A stretch of DNA of 64,000 nt, from the IMG/VR virus record IMGVR_UViG_3300042401_002002. One strand, written 5' to 3'. This stretch comes from a virus. Taxonomy: Duplodnaviria > Heunggongvirae > Uroviricota > Caudoviricetes. The notes beneath the pieces were generated by a model, which made no database searches, had not been told where the DNA came from, and saw nothing but the letters and a program-made list of their open reading frames with translations. Within the stretch, counting starts at the first letter, position 1. Each line of letters opens with the position of its first letter. Positions 28,730 through 38,893 of this stretch are shown here, in pieces. The position numbers and the translations under genes were made by a program.

Positions 28730-30270
28730 TACTGAACTCTTAAAATATATTTATTTAGTTTATTTTGGTTTTTTACAACAAAAGGAAATAATCTTTCAAC
28801 CCAATCTTGTTGTAACATTTCTATTTTTTTGTTGTCATCATTTCTAGTTTGTGATTCTAAATGGTAACAAACACTATTCATGTCGCAAATGTTTTCAAAT
28901 CCATGTAAAATAGTTTGTAGACCTAGTTCAACATCTTCAAAACATGAAATATAATTTTCATTAAACATTCCTAGTTTTTGAAAAGTCTTTAATCTAGTCA
29001 TAACAAAGGCGGCAGTGTTACCACAAACTAATTTATCTTTTGTGTTGTAATTATAGTGTGTTTGTATATTATCGTGTGATACTTGTAAGTTATTATTTTT
29101 ATCAATAAACATAATCTGACCACCATGTTGAATGGTACCATCACCAAAATGTAATCTAGCTCCAATGGTACCTAAATTATGTTTGTTGTTAAATTTATTT
29201 ACGAATCTAGTTAAACAATCATTTAACATAATTATGTCATTATTACAAAATAAAACATAATCAGTGTTTTTATTAACATAATTTTTTACAACATCATTAT
29301 TAATTTTAGCAAAGTTGTAATAATTATATTTAATAACTTCAATGTTGTTGTAAGGGTGTTTTTCAATCAGTTTTTCTGTTTCAGATAAACATTCTTCATT
29401 TGAACCTGTATCCGCTATGTAAATTTTAAATTTATCTTTTGGATATAATGTATTATTTATGATGCTATCAACACATTGTGTAATTAAATCAATTTTATCC
29501 TTAGTTGGAATAATAATTGATATAAAACCATGTTTTTTTAGTTTAATATTATCATTTTTTTCATACAAAACTTCTATTTTTTCTGAAATAGGTAGTAGTT
29601 GTTTGTATTTTTCAACAAATTGTTGTCTATTAACTTCAAATTCTTCATTTGGTTGTCCTACTGATTCATGAGTGATATCAAAACTAAAAGTAACACCAAT
29701 TTTAACATCTTCTAAGTAATTTGGTATAGTAAAAGAATGGTCATAAAAATGAAAACCTTTAAATTCTTCATCAAATTTATGTTTGATTAAATTTTTATTA
29801 ACAGCAAAAAACAAACCATCAACTGTGCAAACATTTATTAGTTCGTTATTGTTTGTACTAACTGAATATTTAGAAAGATATTTTTTTGTGTGTTCAGGTG
29901 CATGATAAACCTCACCAACCATTGTTTGGTGCATTCTTTCCCAGAAAACACCACTTTCACTCATGTATGTAGAACCAGCTTTACCTATGATACCGTATTC
30001 AGGGTTTGAATTGAAATCTTTTAAAAGATTAATACCCCAATTTTTAGATAACTTAATATCATTGTGACAAAAAATAACTAAATCAGTTTTTGATTCCTCT
30101 AAACCTTTGTTGTATAATTCAGATAAAGAATATTGATTATAATTCTCGTAACATATAATATCTAAACCATTATTAAGTAAACCTGACGATAATCTTAAGT
30201 GATTAATAAAATTTTGGTTATATTCTGAATTTTTGTGTGAAGAAAAAACTACTGTCAATTTTGAAAACAT
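28729..30270 (-). CDS. two-domain GT2 glycosyltransferase
   Basis: N domain FCHNDI/FHFYD; C domain SIIIPTKD, FCNND, FEDVE, HLESQTR. Confidence 0.85.
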   Translation of the reverse strand: MFSKLTVVFSSHKNSEYNQNFINHLRLSSGLLNNGLDIICYENYNQYSLSELYNKGLEESKTDLVIFCHNDIKLSKNWGINLLKDFNSNPEYGIIGKAGSTYMSESGVFWERMHQTMVGEVYHAPEHTKKYLSKYSVSTNNNELINVCTVDGLFFAVNKNLIKHKFDEEFKGFHFYDHSFTIPNYLEDVKIGVTFSFDITHESVGQPNEEFEVNRQQFVEKYKQLLPISEKIEVLYEKNDNIKLKKHGFISIIIPTKDKIDLITQCVDSIINNTLYPKDKFKIYIADTGSNEECLSETEKLIEKHPYNNIEVIKYNYYNFAKINNDVVKNYVNKNTDYVLFCNNDIIMLNDCLTRFVNKFNNKHNLGTIGARLHFGDGTIQHGGQIMFIDKNNNLQVSHDNIQTHYNYNTKDKLVCGNTAAFVMTRLKTFQKLGMFNENYISCFEDVELGLQTILHGFENICDMNSVCYHLESQTRNDDNKKIEMLQQDWVERLFPFVVKNQNKLNKYILRVQ

Positions 30271-30362
30271 GATATTGAAATTAAAAATTATATCCCTTTC
30301 AAACTTTTTACAGTTATCAGGGATATAAGGGAGATTTTAAAAAGTTAAATAGTTTAAAAAAA

Positions 30363-30545
30363 CTATTCAGCTTTACCTAAAGCAGCGATAGCGATACGAA
30401 TATCTTGAGCTGATGATTTTACATCTTGTAAACCAACACGTACTCTAGTTTTTGCAGCTTTGTTACCTGCGTCAATTTTTGTAGCGTCAGCTTTCAATGC
30501 TACTACAGATGTCTCTAATCCTTCGATTTGTTCTAAAATTGTCAT
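30363..30545 (-). CDS. histone H1-like (Hc1-type) DNA-binding protein
   Basis: GNKAAKTRVRVGLQDVK motif as in Bacteroidota Hc1-like proteins; start taken at MTILEQ. Confidence 0.7.
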   Translation of the reverse strand: MTILEQIEGLETSVVALKADATKIDAGNKAAKTRVRVGLQDVKSSAQDIRIAIAALGKAE

Positions 30546-30624
30546 TTTGTTATTGTTTAATGATACAATATTAACACTTTTATTTTTATTATGCAAGTAA
30601 TTTGTTAATTATTTTTAAAATAAT

Positions 30625-31048
30625 TTAGTAACTATTGATTATTAACGTGTTATACCTACTAAATATTTTTAATTCATTTAAATGAATATCTCTAATAACA
30701 ACATATCTTAAAAAATCTTTATTTATTATGGTTGATAAACCTGAATCAGTAAAGGACTGATAAAATTGGTTGTTTATTTTAAGTTTCATCTTTTATATAT
30801 TAAAATTTCATTTATAAAAGGGTATGATAATTGTGGATTACCACCTAGATTAAACATAATAACTATTTCAGTATTTTTAAAGTATGTATTTTTTGAAAAG
30901 AATAATTGTAATTTCATCTTTTATATAACCTTAATTTGTTGTTAAAATGTAAATGAAACATCGCATTAGTTTTACCACTTAAAACATAATATATACCATG
31001 ATTAATGAAATAATCAAATTGATTTGCTGTGTATATTTTAAGTTTCAT
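30625..31048 (-). repeat. MKL micro-ORF array 4 (3 units)
   Basis: 30914-31048 MKLKIYTANQFDYFINHGIYYVLSGKTNAMFHLHFNNKLRLYKR; 30786-30917 MKLQLFFSK...NEILIYKR; 30625-30789 MKLKINNQFY...NELKIFSRYNTLIINSY. Confidence 0.88.
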
Positions 31049-31056
31049 CTGTAATA

Positions 31057-31467
31057 TTATTTAAAATATTCAATTAATATAATACCTAAACTAAACAAAC
31101 AACCTATTATGAATTTAGTTAATAAAGGTTTAAACGGTGATTTTAATAGAACTTTGTCCATAAATGCATTATTTTCACTAGTACCAATATATTCAGTAGG
31201 GAGGTTTCTTAGTTTGTTTAAATAATAATCAGCAATTAACCAATTAATATCCCAAAGAAGAAATATAAGCAAAGGTATCGACCAAACTGATAAGTGATAT
31301 GTTAACCCTAATATAGGTGCAATAATACAGGGAATAATAACCCTTAATAAAGGTTGATGTTCAATAAATTCATCATTTTTTATTTTCTGATAATCAGTAA
31401 CAATGTGGTCAATCATTGAAATAACCCAAATAGTTAAGTTGATAATGAGTAGAGGTAGTAAAATCAT
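31057..31467 (-). CDS. multi-TM membrane protein
   Basis: Four hydrophobic segments. Confidence 0.65.
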   Translation of the reverse strand: MILLPLLIINLTIWVISMIDHIVTDYQKIKNDEFIEHQPLLRVIIPCIIAPILGLTYHLSVWSIPLLIFLLWDINWLIADYYLNKLRNLPTEYIGTSENNAFMDKVLLKSPFKPLLTKFIIGCLFSLGIILIEYFK

Positions 31468-31469
31468 GG

Positions 31470-32002
31470 TTATCTTGGATAAATAATTAGTGAGTTTTGA
31501 AAGACTTTGAAATAATTGGAGCTTGGACTTGTTTTACCATCCTTTAAATATAAACCACTACGGTAAGTAAATAAACTAGTAAGTTTAGTTCTTATATGTA
31601 ATCTCATTATCTTGGATATAAAGTTATTTCGTTATAATTTATTAATATTTCTGTATTCGGTAAACCTAAAAGTAACCCACCAGTTACAGTGTTTTGTAGT
31701 TTAACGGCTCTGTAATTAATTACTAGTCTCATCTTCGGTAAATTATTAGTTTATTTTTTTATAAACACCAATATGACCATCATCAAAGTGTATTCTCTTA
31801 TCTGTTAAATATTCACCTAAAACATACCACGTAAATTGATTAATCCTGATTGTTGTTTTAAGTTTCATCTTTTGTAAATTCTAAGGTTATTTAAATATAC
31901 AGTTTTTGCTTTGTTGATTTTTTCAGCAAAATCACCCACTAAAATATTAAATATACTGTAACATTCTAATTTTTCAATAGGTTTGGATATTTTAAGTTTC
32001 AT
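31470..32002 (-). repeat. MKL micro-ORF array 5 (4 units, one frameshifted)
   Basis: 31865-32002 MKLKISKPIEK...NNLRIYKR; 31729-31868 (A7 frameshift before NKLIIYRR); 31607-31732 MRLVINYR...NEITLYPR; 31470-31607 MRLHIRTK...NSLIIYPR. Confidence 0.85.
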
Positions 32003-32268
32003 CTTTTCTCCAATTTATGTCTGCAAAATATCCTAATTATATCAACCAAATCTTGTTCGGTTTCTATTGGGTAGAAATTTCCGTTAAATAACTCAACAGT
32101 GAAATTGTTATCAATACATTCTGATTTACAATTTGTAATCAAAGCTTCTTGATAAAACTTTTTATCAATTTGTTCTAAATCCAAACAAAGGTAATAATCT
32201 TTATCACCATCGAATTCGTTACATAGTTCACGTTTGAAACCGTATTTTTTTAATATTTCTTCTTTCAT
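31999..32268 (-). CDS. hypothetical protein embedded in the micro-ORF chain
   Basis: 89 aa, both ends use the AAGATGAAA overlap. Confidence 0.65.
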   Translation of the reverse strand: MKEEILKKYGFKRELCNEFDGDKDYYLCLDLEQIDKKFYQEALITNCKSECIDNNFTVELFNGNFYPIETEQDLVDIIRIFCRHKLEKR

Positions 32269-32513
32269 CTTTTATAAATTCTTTAAGTTTTATTTAATAA
32301 ATATATTTAAACAGTTTTTACTCAGTAAAATATCTATAATATCTAACTGTAAGTAGGTTAATTCAAAATCTGAATCTTCAGACCAATGTTCTATATTAAG
32401 TTTCATCTTTTATACTGTAATATTATGTTATTATATTTTAAATCAATGATAATTTTGATAATATCTGGATACATAAATTCAATATCAGACCATGAGTACT
32501 GTTAAAGTTTCAT
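32265..32513 (-). pseudogene. two degenerate MKL micro-ORF units
   Basis: 32403-32513 MKL*QYSWSDIEF...NNIILQYKR; 32265-32406 MKLNIEHWSED... stops early with its C-terminal motif out of frame. Confidence 0.7.
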
Positions 32514-32515
32514 AT

Positions 32516-32851
32516 TTATCTAATTTTATTCAAATATTTCTTTATTAAATTATCATCTTCGTAAATAACACCAATAGTTACTTCGTATTGATTTTTATCT
32601 TTACTAACCTTGGATATTTTACAATCTTTAAACAACATCTTGGTTTTTTCATCAAATTCAATAACAAATTCAAGTCCTAGCTTTTCAGTATTGGTTAGTT
32701 TTTTAATACTTTCAAATACAAATATAACATATTCACCCTGTACTCCAACACAAGAACCGTTTTTTATTTTTTCGTATTCAAAAATAGGTAATGTTTTGCA
32801 TTCTATTTCGTAAATTAACCCTTTAGTTGGTGTTATTAAGTTTGCTTGCAT
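32516..32851 (-). CDS. hypothetical protein
   Basis: 111 aa. Confidence 0.6.
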   Translation of the reverse strand: MQANLITPTKGLIYEIECKTLPIFEYEKIKNGSCVGVQGEYVIFVFESIKKLTNTEKLGLEFVIEFDEKTKMLFKDCKISKVSKDKNQYEVTIGVIYEDDNLIKKYLNKIR

Positions 32852-33041
32852 CTTTGTAAATGTATTTCTTGTATAAATAGACTAATAAACTTAGTATTGC
32901 TGCTAGTATTAATAGTGCAGGTATAATACCTAGAGGTAATAAAATTATAAACCAATTATAGGTTATTATTTTGGTTAGTTTTAAATAAATCAACATTATT
33001 TGTAGTTGACCTATTAGGATGTATAAGTAGTTGCGTGTCAT
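32823..33041 (-). CDS. small 2-TM membrane protein
   Basis: LIYLKLTKIITYNWFIILLP motif typical of small phage TM proteins. Confidence 0.65.
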   Translation of the reverse strand: MTRNYLYILIGQLQIMLIYLKLTKIITYNWFIILLPLGIIPALLILAAILSLLVYLYKKYIYKDASKLNNTN

Positions 33042-34115
33042 TGTTTTAATATAATAATGTAGTTTATAAAGTGCATACTATAGTTTTGTTTGATTAAAAT
33101 ATGTTTTATTAAGCTATCATTCAAAACGTTGCTCCAACTGTAATCAAATATATTAAGTTTCATCTGTCGTAAATTATTAGTTTATTGTAATGTGTTTTTA
33201 CAGTTTTTATATAATTTAATTGTTTACCTGTATATATTACAAAATCAGTAAAAAGAAATATTTTAAGTTTCATCTTTTAATTAATAAAATTTCATTAGAA
33301 TGATAACGTTTTTGTAAAACAAAAAACTCTGTTGTTAAATATTTAGGTACGTTATAATTAGGAATAACTTGGGTTTTAAGTTTCATCTTTCAAATATAAT
33401 TAATTTATTATAACGGATTTTGTCAATAATATAATTTAAAGACTCATCATGTTTTACTGTAAAACCTTTGTAAGGTACTATATCTAGTATTTTAAGTTTC
33501 ATCTTACAAAGATATAAATAATATTTTTAGAAACAACGCATTTTAGTCTATTTCCGAAAATAATTCTTCCATTAACATTTTCTATGTAACCTGAATCTAA
33601 ATTTATACCTGTTCTATTAAAGTCAAGTTTCATCTGTTATAAGTTCTTAATGCGTTATAACGTTTAAAATAAATTACAGCAATTAATGTACTAGATGTAA
33701 ATTTAACCCAATTTGTACTTTGAGTATTAAATATTTTAAGTTTCATCTGTAAGTTAAATATAATGAATCAGTTTTAAATGTGGTCCATACATCTTTTTTG
33801 ATTAACAAGTTAAATGCTAATGTATAATATTCTTTTTTATTATTCTTTGAATCTGGATTTATCTTAAGTTTCATACCCTTCGATGAATTAATAGTTTGTT
33901 AGAACGTTTATCTTTACGTTGAACATGAATATCAATAATAAATTCAAGAAAATTAATAGGAAATATAGTTCTTTTAAGTTTCATCTTTGGTAAATTCTTA
34001 TTTTATTATTCCATGTTTTGTTATGTAGTTTACCAGATAAACCTTTTGTTAGTAAATCAAAACTAGTTGTCTCGTTATAATTTAAATCACTTAAATTTAA
34101 TATTAGAAGTTTCAT
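33038..34115 (-). repeat. MKL micro-ORF array 6 (9 intact units)
   Basis: ATGs at 34115, 33984, 33874, 33746, 33633, 33502, 33386, 33273, 33163, all chained by ATGA overlaps; e.g. MKLKILDIVPYKGFTVKHDESLNYIIDKIRYNKLIIFER and MKLKIFLFTDFVIYTGKQLNYIKTVKTHYNKLIIYDR. Confidence 0.92.
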
Positions 34116-34119
34116 CTTT

Positions 34120-35184
34120 TTAAACTTTTTTACTAAATGACTTTTCTTTCAAAATCGTAGCGTAGAATGGTTCACAGAAACTCTTTAAACTACCATTCCA
34201 ATGCTGCATGAAACCAATTTCGTCAAATATTCTAATTAAATTACGTGAACCTCTATTTTCTTCATCTAAAGGTAGTTCACAAGCTTCTTTTAAGTTGTGA
34301 ATATCATTTTTGGTAACAAAAGGTTCCAATAAATTAATTATTTTATAGTTGTTTTCGTATAGTGATATACCTAACTCTTCGTCTTGTCCATTAATACCGT
34401 ATTTAATGTTATCTAGTACTAATAAAGGTTTCTTTTTGGTTAAAGTGCGTTCATTAATTAATTCCTCAGTTCTTTCAAGTATAAACTTAATATCTATCGC
34501 TTGTGTTTTTATCTCAGGAAATAACTTAATTAGTGTGTCTTCACCTAATCCTTTTACACCATATATATTATCACTAGTATCACCACAAAATGTCTTAACA
34601 ATAGCTAAGTTTTTGTAATAATGTTTGAAAAATAAATGATAATTATCTTTACATATTAAACTCTTTTTAGAAGCTAAATAAACTTTAATTGTATCAGAAT
34701 ATTGTAATAACTGTAATAAATCGACATCACCAGTATAAACAGTGATTTTTTCATCTTCATGGTATTGTTTACAATACACAGAAATTAAATCATCAGCTTC
34801 AATTTCATCATGTGCCATTACTTGTCTAATGAATAACTCTTCCAATATATTTTGTAAACATATCTTGGTTCTTAATAAGGATTCTTTGTTTGCTTCCTCT
34901 TTACGAATATCTTTTTCATCAAGAATTATTTTGGTAGTAAAAGATTTATGCATCCTGGTTGCTTTATAGTTACCTACTAAGTTGTTTCTTAGTTTACCAT
35001 TATTCTGACCATCCCAAACAAAAACAATCTTGTTTGCTGCTAATTGTTTAGCCAAGGTTCTTAATGTAATTAAAGATAATAAAACACCAGATATATTTCC
35101 AAATTCTGGAGTATAATGATTTCCGTTCACAGCGTGAGAACGTTTATATAATGATGAAGCATCTACTAGTAATGTGTGTCGCAT
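34120..35184 (-). CDS. 5'-3' exonuclease / T4 RNase H-like flap nuclease
   Basis: LLVDA, FVWDG, YKATR, EADDLI, TGDVDLLQL, GDTSDNIYGVKGLGE. Confidence 0.92.
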   Translation of the reverse strand: MRHTLLVDASSLYKRSHAVNGNHYTPEFGNISGVLLSLITLRTLAKQLAANKIVFVWDGQNNGKLRNNLVGNYKATRMHKSFTTKIILDEKDIRKEEANKESLLRTKICLQNILEELFIRQVMAHDEIEADDLISVYCKQYHEDEKITVYTGDVDLLQLLQYSDTIKVYLASKKSLICKDNYHLFFKHYYKNLAIVKTFCGDTSDNIYGVKGLGEDTLIKLFPEIKTQAIDIKFILERTEELINERTLTKKKPLLVLDNIKYGINGQDEELGISLYENNYKIINLLEPFVTKNDIHNLKEACELPLDEENRGSRNLIRIFDEIGFMQHWNGSLKSFCEPFYATILKEKSFSKKV

Positions 35185-35187
35185 AGG

Positions 35188-37290
35188 TTATTTGTTAAAT
35201 GTAAATAATTTATTTGTTTCTGAGAATTCTATCTTAAGTTTACCGTTTAAGAAACTGTTACCAATATGTGTTTCTTTGAAATTCTTGTAAGTTATCTGAA
35301 TTAATTCAAGTTTCATCTTTTGTAAGTAAGAATAAAGTTGTAACTTTGATGGTGTAAGTCATCCTCTAGTTCATCTAAAGTGAATTTGATGTGTGTATTT
35401 TCTGTTATAGTTAATTTCATCTTCTGTATAAAATTAAAGTATTATAAAACTCATAATTAATATCATCTTGTAAATCAGCTAATATAAAAGACATATTGTA
35501 AGTCTGTTTTTTAAGTTTCATCTTTTATAAATTATAATTTTATTGCTTCTCTTATCACGAATATCTTCAATTAACTGTAATTCATTGAATGAGAAGAATA
35601 TATACCAATCACTTATATCAAGTTTCATCTTTTATAAATTATAATTCTATTAAACCTATCATTTTCAAAATCTTCAATAAATTGTAATTCACTAAAAGTG
35701 AACATTATATAGAAATTACTAACGTTGAGTTTCATCTTTTAAAGATTGTTAAGTTGTCTTTGGTAAATTATTAATCTGTTATAATATATGATATTAATAT
35801 CGTCATAAATCTGGCGAACACTGAAGTCAATTAATACAAAAGGTACTATTTTTAGTTTCATCGTACAAAGATAATAATTTTTATTTATAAAACAAGTTTC
35901 ATCTTTTGTAAATTGATAAAACGTTAATATAATATTCTTTATGTTGTACTGTGTGGTAAATATTTACCTCTGACTGGAAATCAATATTATTAGTGAATCT
36001 TACTGAAACGAAACTTGACATATTATTTATGTTAAGTTTCATCTTTTGTAAATTGAAATTTGATTACTATTATTAATAACATCAATTAGTTCTATTTCTA
36101 ACCATTCAACGTTGAATTTAATTTCTTTGGTTATTTTGTTTATATATAACATCATCTTCGGTATATTACTAATAAATTATGTAACGTTGTTGGTGGATTT
36201 CCTAAATCAACTACTCTAAATTTAGGTTGTAAGTAAAATGTGTAATCGTGAATATCTAATTTCATCTCAAATAAATTGTTATTTCGTTTAGAAAAACCGA
36301 CATGTCTCTTTGTTTATTTTCAACAAGATGTACGTAAGCAGTGGATAAACAAAAATGTTCATAAGTGTATTTAGCTATGTTGTCTATTATTAATTTCATC
36401 TTTGGTAAATTGTTATTTCGTTAATAAATCCTCTAAGATTTCTACATTCATCCTGTACAAGATGTTTATAAACTTTGCTGTAACTGAACGGTTTATTTGT
36501 ATATTTATCTATAATTATTTTCATCTTTTGTAAATTGTTAGTTCATTTAGAAGTAGCTCAAGATATTTATTGTTTGTTTTTAATTTACGAAAAACATTAC
36601 TTCCGCTGAAATTTATTATTTTATCACTATAAAATAATTTTCTTGTTTCTATTTTAAGTTTCATCTTTGGTAGATTTTTATCGTATTACAATGATATTTT
36701 ATATTAACAAGGGAGTAGTATTGTTCAGTTAATAACATAACTATAATATTAATTTTGTTATTGGTAAATTTAAAATTTTGAGTTGAATGTATTTTAAGTT
36801 TCATGTTCTAAATAAAATAAATACACGATTTATTTCCATAACTGTCGGATTTAAATCAAAGTTAGGGTTAAATATAGTTTGTTGTATATATACAGTTGTT
36901 AGGTTAGATATTTTAAGTTTCATCTTTTGTAAGTTGTTAGTTGATTATTGTACCAATCAATTAGTATGCCTTTTGGTCCTTTTAATGTTTTATACAAATC
37001 ACTATACTTAAAATCTATGTTTGCTTGATTTTTAAATATCTTAAGTTTCATCTTATATAAATCCTTAGTTCTATAAAATCATAATCTTCTCTAGAATTTA
37101 AATCAGTTATATCAAATTCAGGTAACTGATAATAATGTATTTTTAATTTCATCTTTTGTTATCTTTTGAATATTGATATATAATTAATAGACTCGATTAC
37201 ATTGACCATTTTTATTTGATGAAAAATTAATCTGTATCTCATCGTTTTATTGAAATTTAAAGCTGTGTTTTTGTTTATACCTAGTTTCAT
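35188..37290 (-). repeat. MKL micro-ORF array 7 (18 units: 17 ORFs + 1 promoter stub)
   Basis: ATGs at 37290, 37152, 37051, 36923, 36804, 36664, 36524, 36399, 36265, 36155, 36042, 35902, 35861, 35735, 35628, 35521, 35420, 35316; consensus MKLKI...NxLxIYKR. Confidence 0.93.
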
Positions 37291-37313
37291 AGATGTTCCC
37301 ATATTGTTGAACG

Positions 37314-37321
37314 CAAAGATA
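37314..37321 (-). promoter_or_regulatory. Bacteroidota -7 promoter box heading array 7
   Basis: TATCTTTG (TAnnTTTG) 23 nt upstream of the first unit. Confidence 0.6.
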
Positions 37322-37377
37322 GTTTTTATTTTTGAGAAATAAAAATGTCCGTTAATTATTTTAACGAACAAGGGTTT

Positions 37378-38859
37378 TTAGATTATGTTTTGTTGTTTTA
37401 GAAATTCGGTTAACTTTTTTTCGACATCTTCGTTATATCGAATACGAAGTAAGGGTATGTTGTTGGTTAGGCAATATTCGTTTTTGATTTGGTCACGTTG
37501 TTTAATAGTGTTGAATGTTTCTTCACCACCGAAATAATTAATAGGTTGAAAGTGTTGTTTACCATCATATTCTATTAAAATATTGTGTTCAGTTAAATAA
37601 AAATCAAACGGTAATTCTCTTTTATGAACACATCCAAAAAATTTCTTTTCTATTTCAAAATTTATATTATGTTCAGTTAAAATCTCACTTATCCTAGTTT
37701 CACCTTTTGATGCCACACATTTTGAACAGCCACCACTTGCACTTAAATGTGTATTTGCTGAAATTTCAAAATCACCGTGTTCTTCGCATGTAATAATTAC
37801 TTTATTTTTTGAAAGTGTATAATTAGTTTTACTATAATTATATTTATTACCATGTATTTCTTTAGCTTTTTGAATAAATTCATCGTTTGTTAACCTATTC
37901 CCTTCATCTGCGCACATTTTACAACCCCCACCTAGTAGGTGAGTATTTGGAATTTGTTCAAATTCACCATGAACTTTACATTTTATGGTAACTTTTTGTT
38001 TATTATGTTTGTAATCTACTAAACTATAGTCGTATTTATCACCATGTATTTTTTTGGCTTTTTCTATAAAACGTTCAGTATTGTTGTAATGTGTATTACA
38101 TTTTTTACAACCTATTTTTTCATTTAAAAAACTACTTTTTAAAATCATGAAAGGACCATGTTCTTTGCAAATGATTTTAATTTTATCTTTTTTAGTACCA
38201 TGTACAGTTTCATCGTAAATATATTTATCACCATGAACTTCCATTGCTCTTTTAATAAATTCTTCACCAGTAATTGATAGTTTTTCTCTGGAACAACGTT
38301 CACAATCACATAATAGGTGACTTGATGGTGTTGTTTTAAATAACCCGTGTTTATCACATCTTAATTCTATGTGACTTTTCATGTTAATAAAATTTATATT
38401 GTCATAATTAAATTTTTCACCATGAACTTCTTTAGCTTTTTGAATAAATTCTTCTTTAGTTATTGTATGATTTGAACATTTTTTACAACCTGTTGAGTTT
38501 ATATGGTTGGTAGGTCTTTGTTCAAAATATTCACCACATGAATTACATTTTATTTTAATTTTAGTATCAGCGTTTATATATTCGCTTTCACTGTAATCGT
38601 ATTTATCACCATGTTTTTCTTTAAAAACTTCCTTAAAATTGTCTTTATTAACACTATATTTTGGTCCACAACTTGGACATGTTAAATTTTTACGTATCTT
38701 AGATGCTTTATTTAAAGTAAATGGTCCGTGAACTTTACATGTTATAGTAACAGGGTCGTTATTACTGATATATTTGGTGAGTTCGTAAGTATAATTTTCA
38801 CCATGTATTTTCTTGCATTGTTCAATATACTGTTCGTTGGTTAAGTTTTTAGCGTTCAT
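37378..38859 (-). CDS. DUF723-repeat homing-type endonuclease with C-terminal PD-(D/E)xK/Vsr-like nuclease
   Basis: Six repeats of FI.KA..VHG.KYDYS...I.C..HG.F...H...GC..C; SKGE..I, LPFDFYL, IEYDGKQHF. Confidence 0.85.
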   Translation of the reverse strand: MNAKNLTNEQYIEQCKKIHGENYTYELTKYISNNDPVTITCKVHGPFTLNKASKIRKNLTCPSCGPKYSVNKDNFKEVFKEKHGDKYDYSESEYINADTKIKIKCNSCGEYFEQRPTNHINSTGCKKCSNHTITKEEFIQKAKEVHGEKFNYDNINFINMKSHIELRCDKHGLFKTTPSSHLLCDCERCSREKLSITGEEFIKRAMEVHGDKYIYDETVHGTKKDKIKIICKEHGPFMILKSSFLNEKIGCKKCNTHYNNTERFIEKAKKIHGDKYDYSLVDYKHNKQKVTIKCKVHGEFEQIPNTHLLGGGCKMCADEGNRLTNDEFIQKAKEIHGNKYNYSKTNYTLSKNKVIITCEEHGDFEISANTHLSASGGCSKCVASKGETRISEILTEHNINFEIEKKFFGCVHKRELPFDFYLTEHNILIEYDGKQHFQPINYFGGEETFNTIKQRDQIKNEYCLTNNIPLLRIRYNEDVEKKLTEFLKQQNII

Positions 38860-38870
38860 AAATAAAAGAT

Positions 38871-38893
38871 GAGGAGGTATTGTTAACCTCCTC
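38871..38893 (-). terminator. GC-rich hairpin between the helicase and the endonuclease
   Basis: GAGGAGG-TTAACAATA-CCTCCTC followed by ATCTTTTATTT. Confidence 0.6.

Noticed and set aside
11083-32513. Stop-codon recoding suggested by in-frame TAA inside two micro-ORFs
   Set aside because: TAA, TAG and TGA all terminate ordinary full-length genes here and long genes are intact in code 11; isolated nonsense mutations are simpler
36787-37011. Plus-strand 74-aa ORF, and the 70-aa call at 37159-37371
   Set aside because: The first is an antisense shadow of array units; the second is an N-terminal over-extension of the 43-aa unit starting at 37290
33038-37290. CRISPR array interpretation of the AAGTTTCATCTTT repeats (possibly used by the TnpB/Cas12-like proteins)
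   Set aside because: The repeats are short and degenerate, the spacers are about 80-130 nt and variable, unit lengths keep reading frames, neighbours are paralogous and no cas genes are adjacent; constraint looks protein-level
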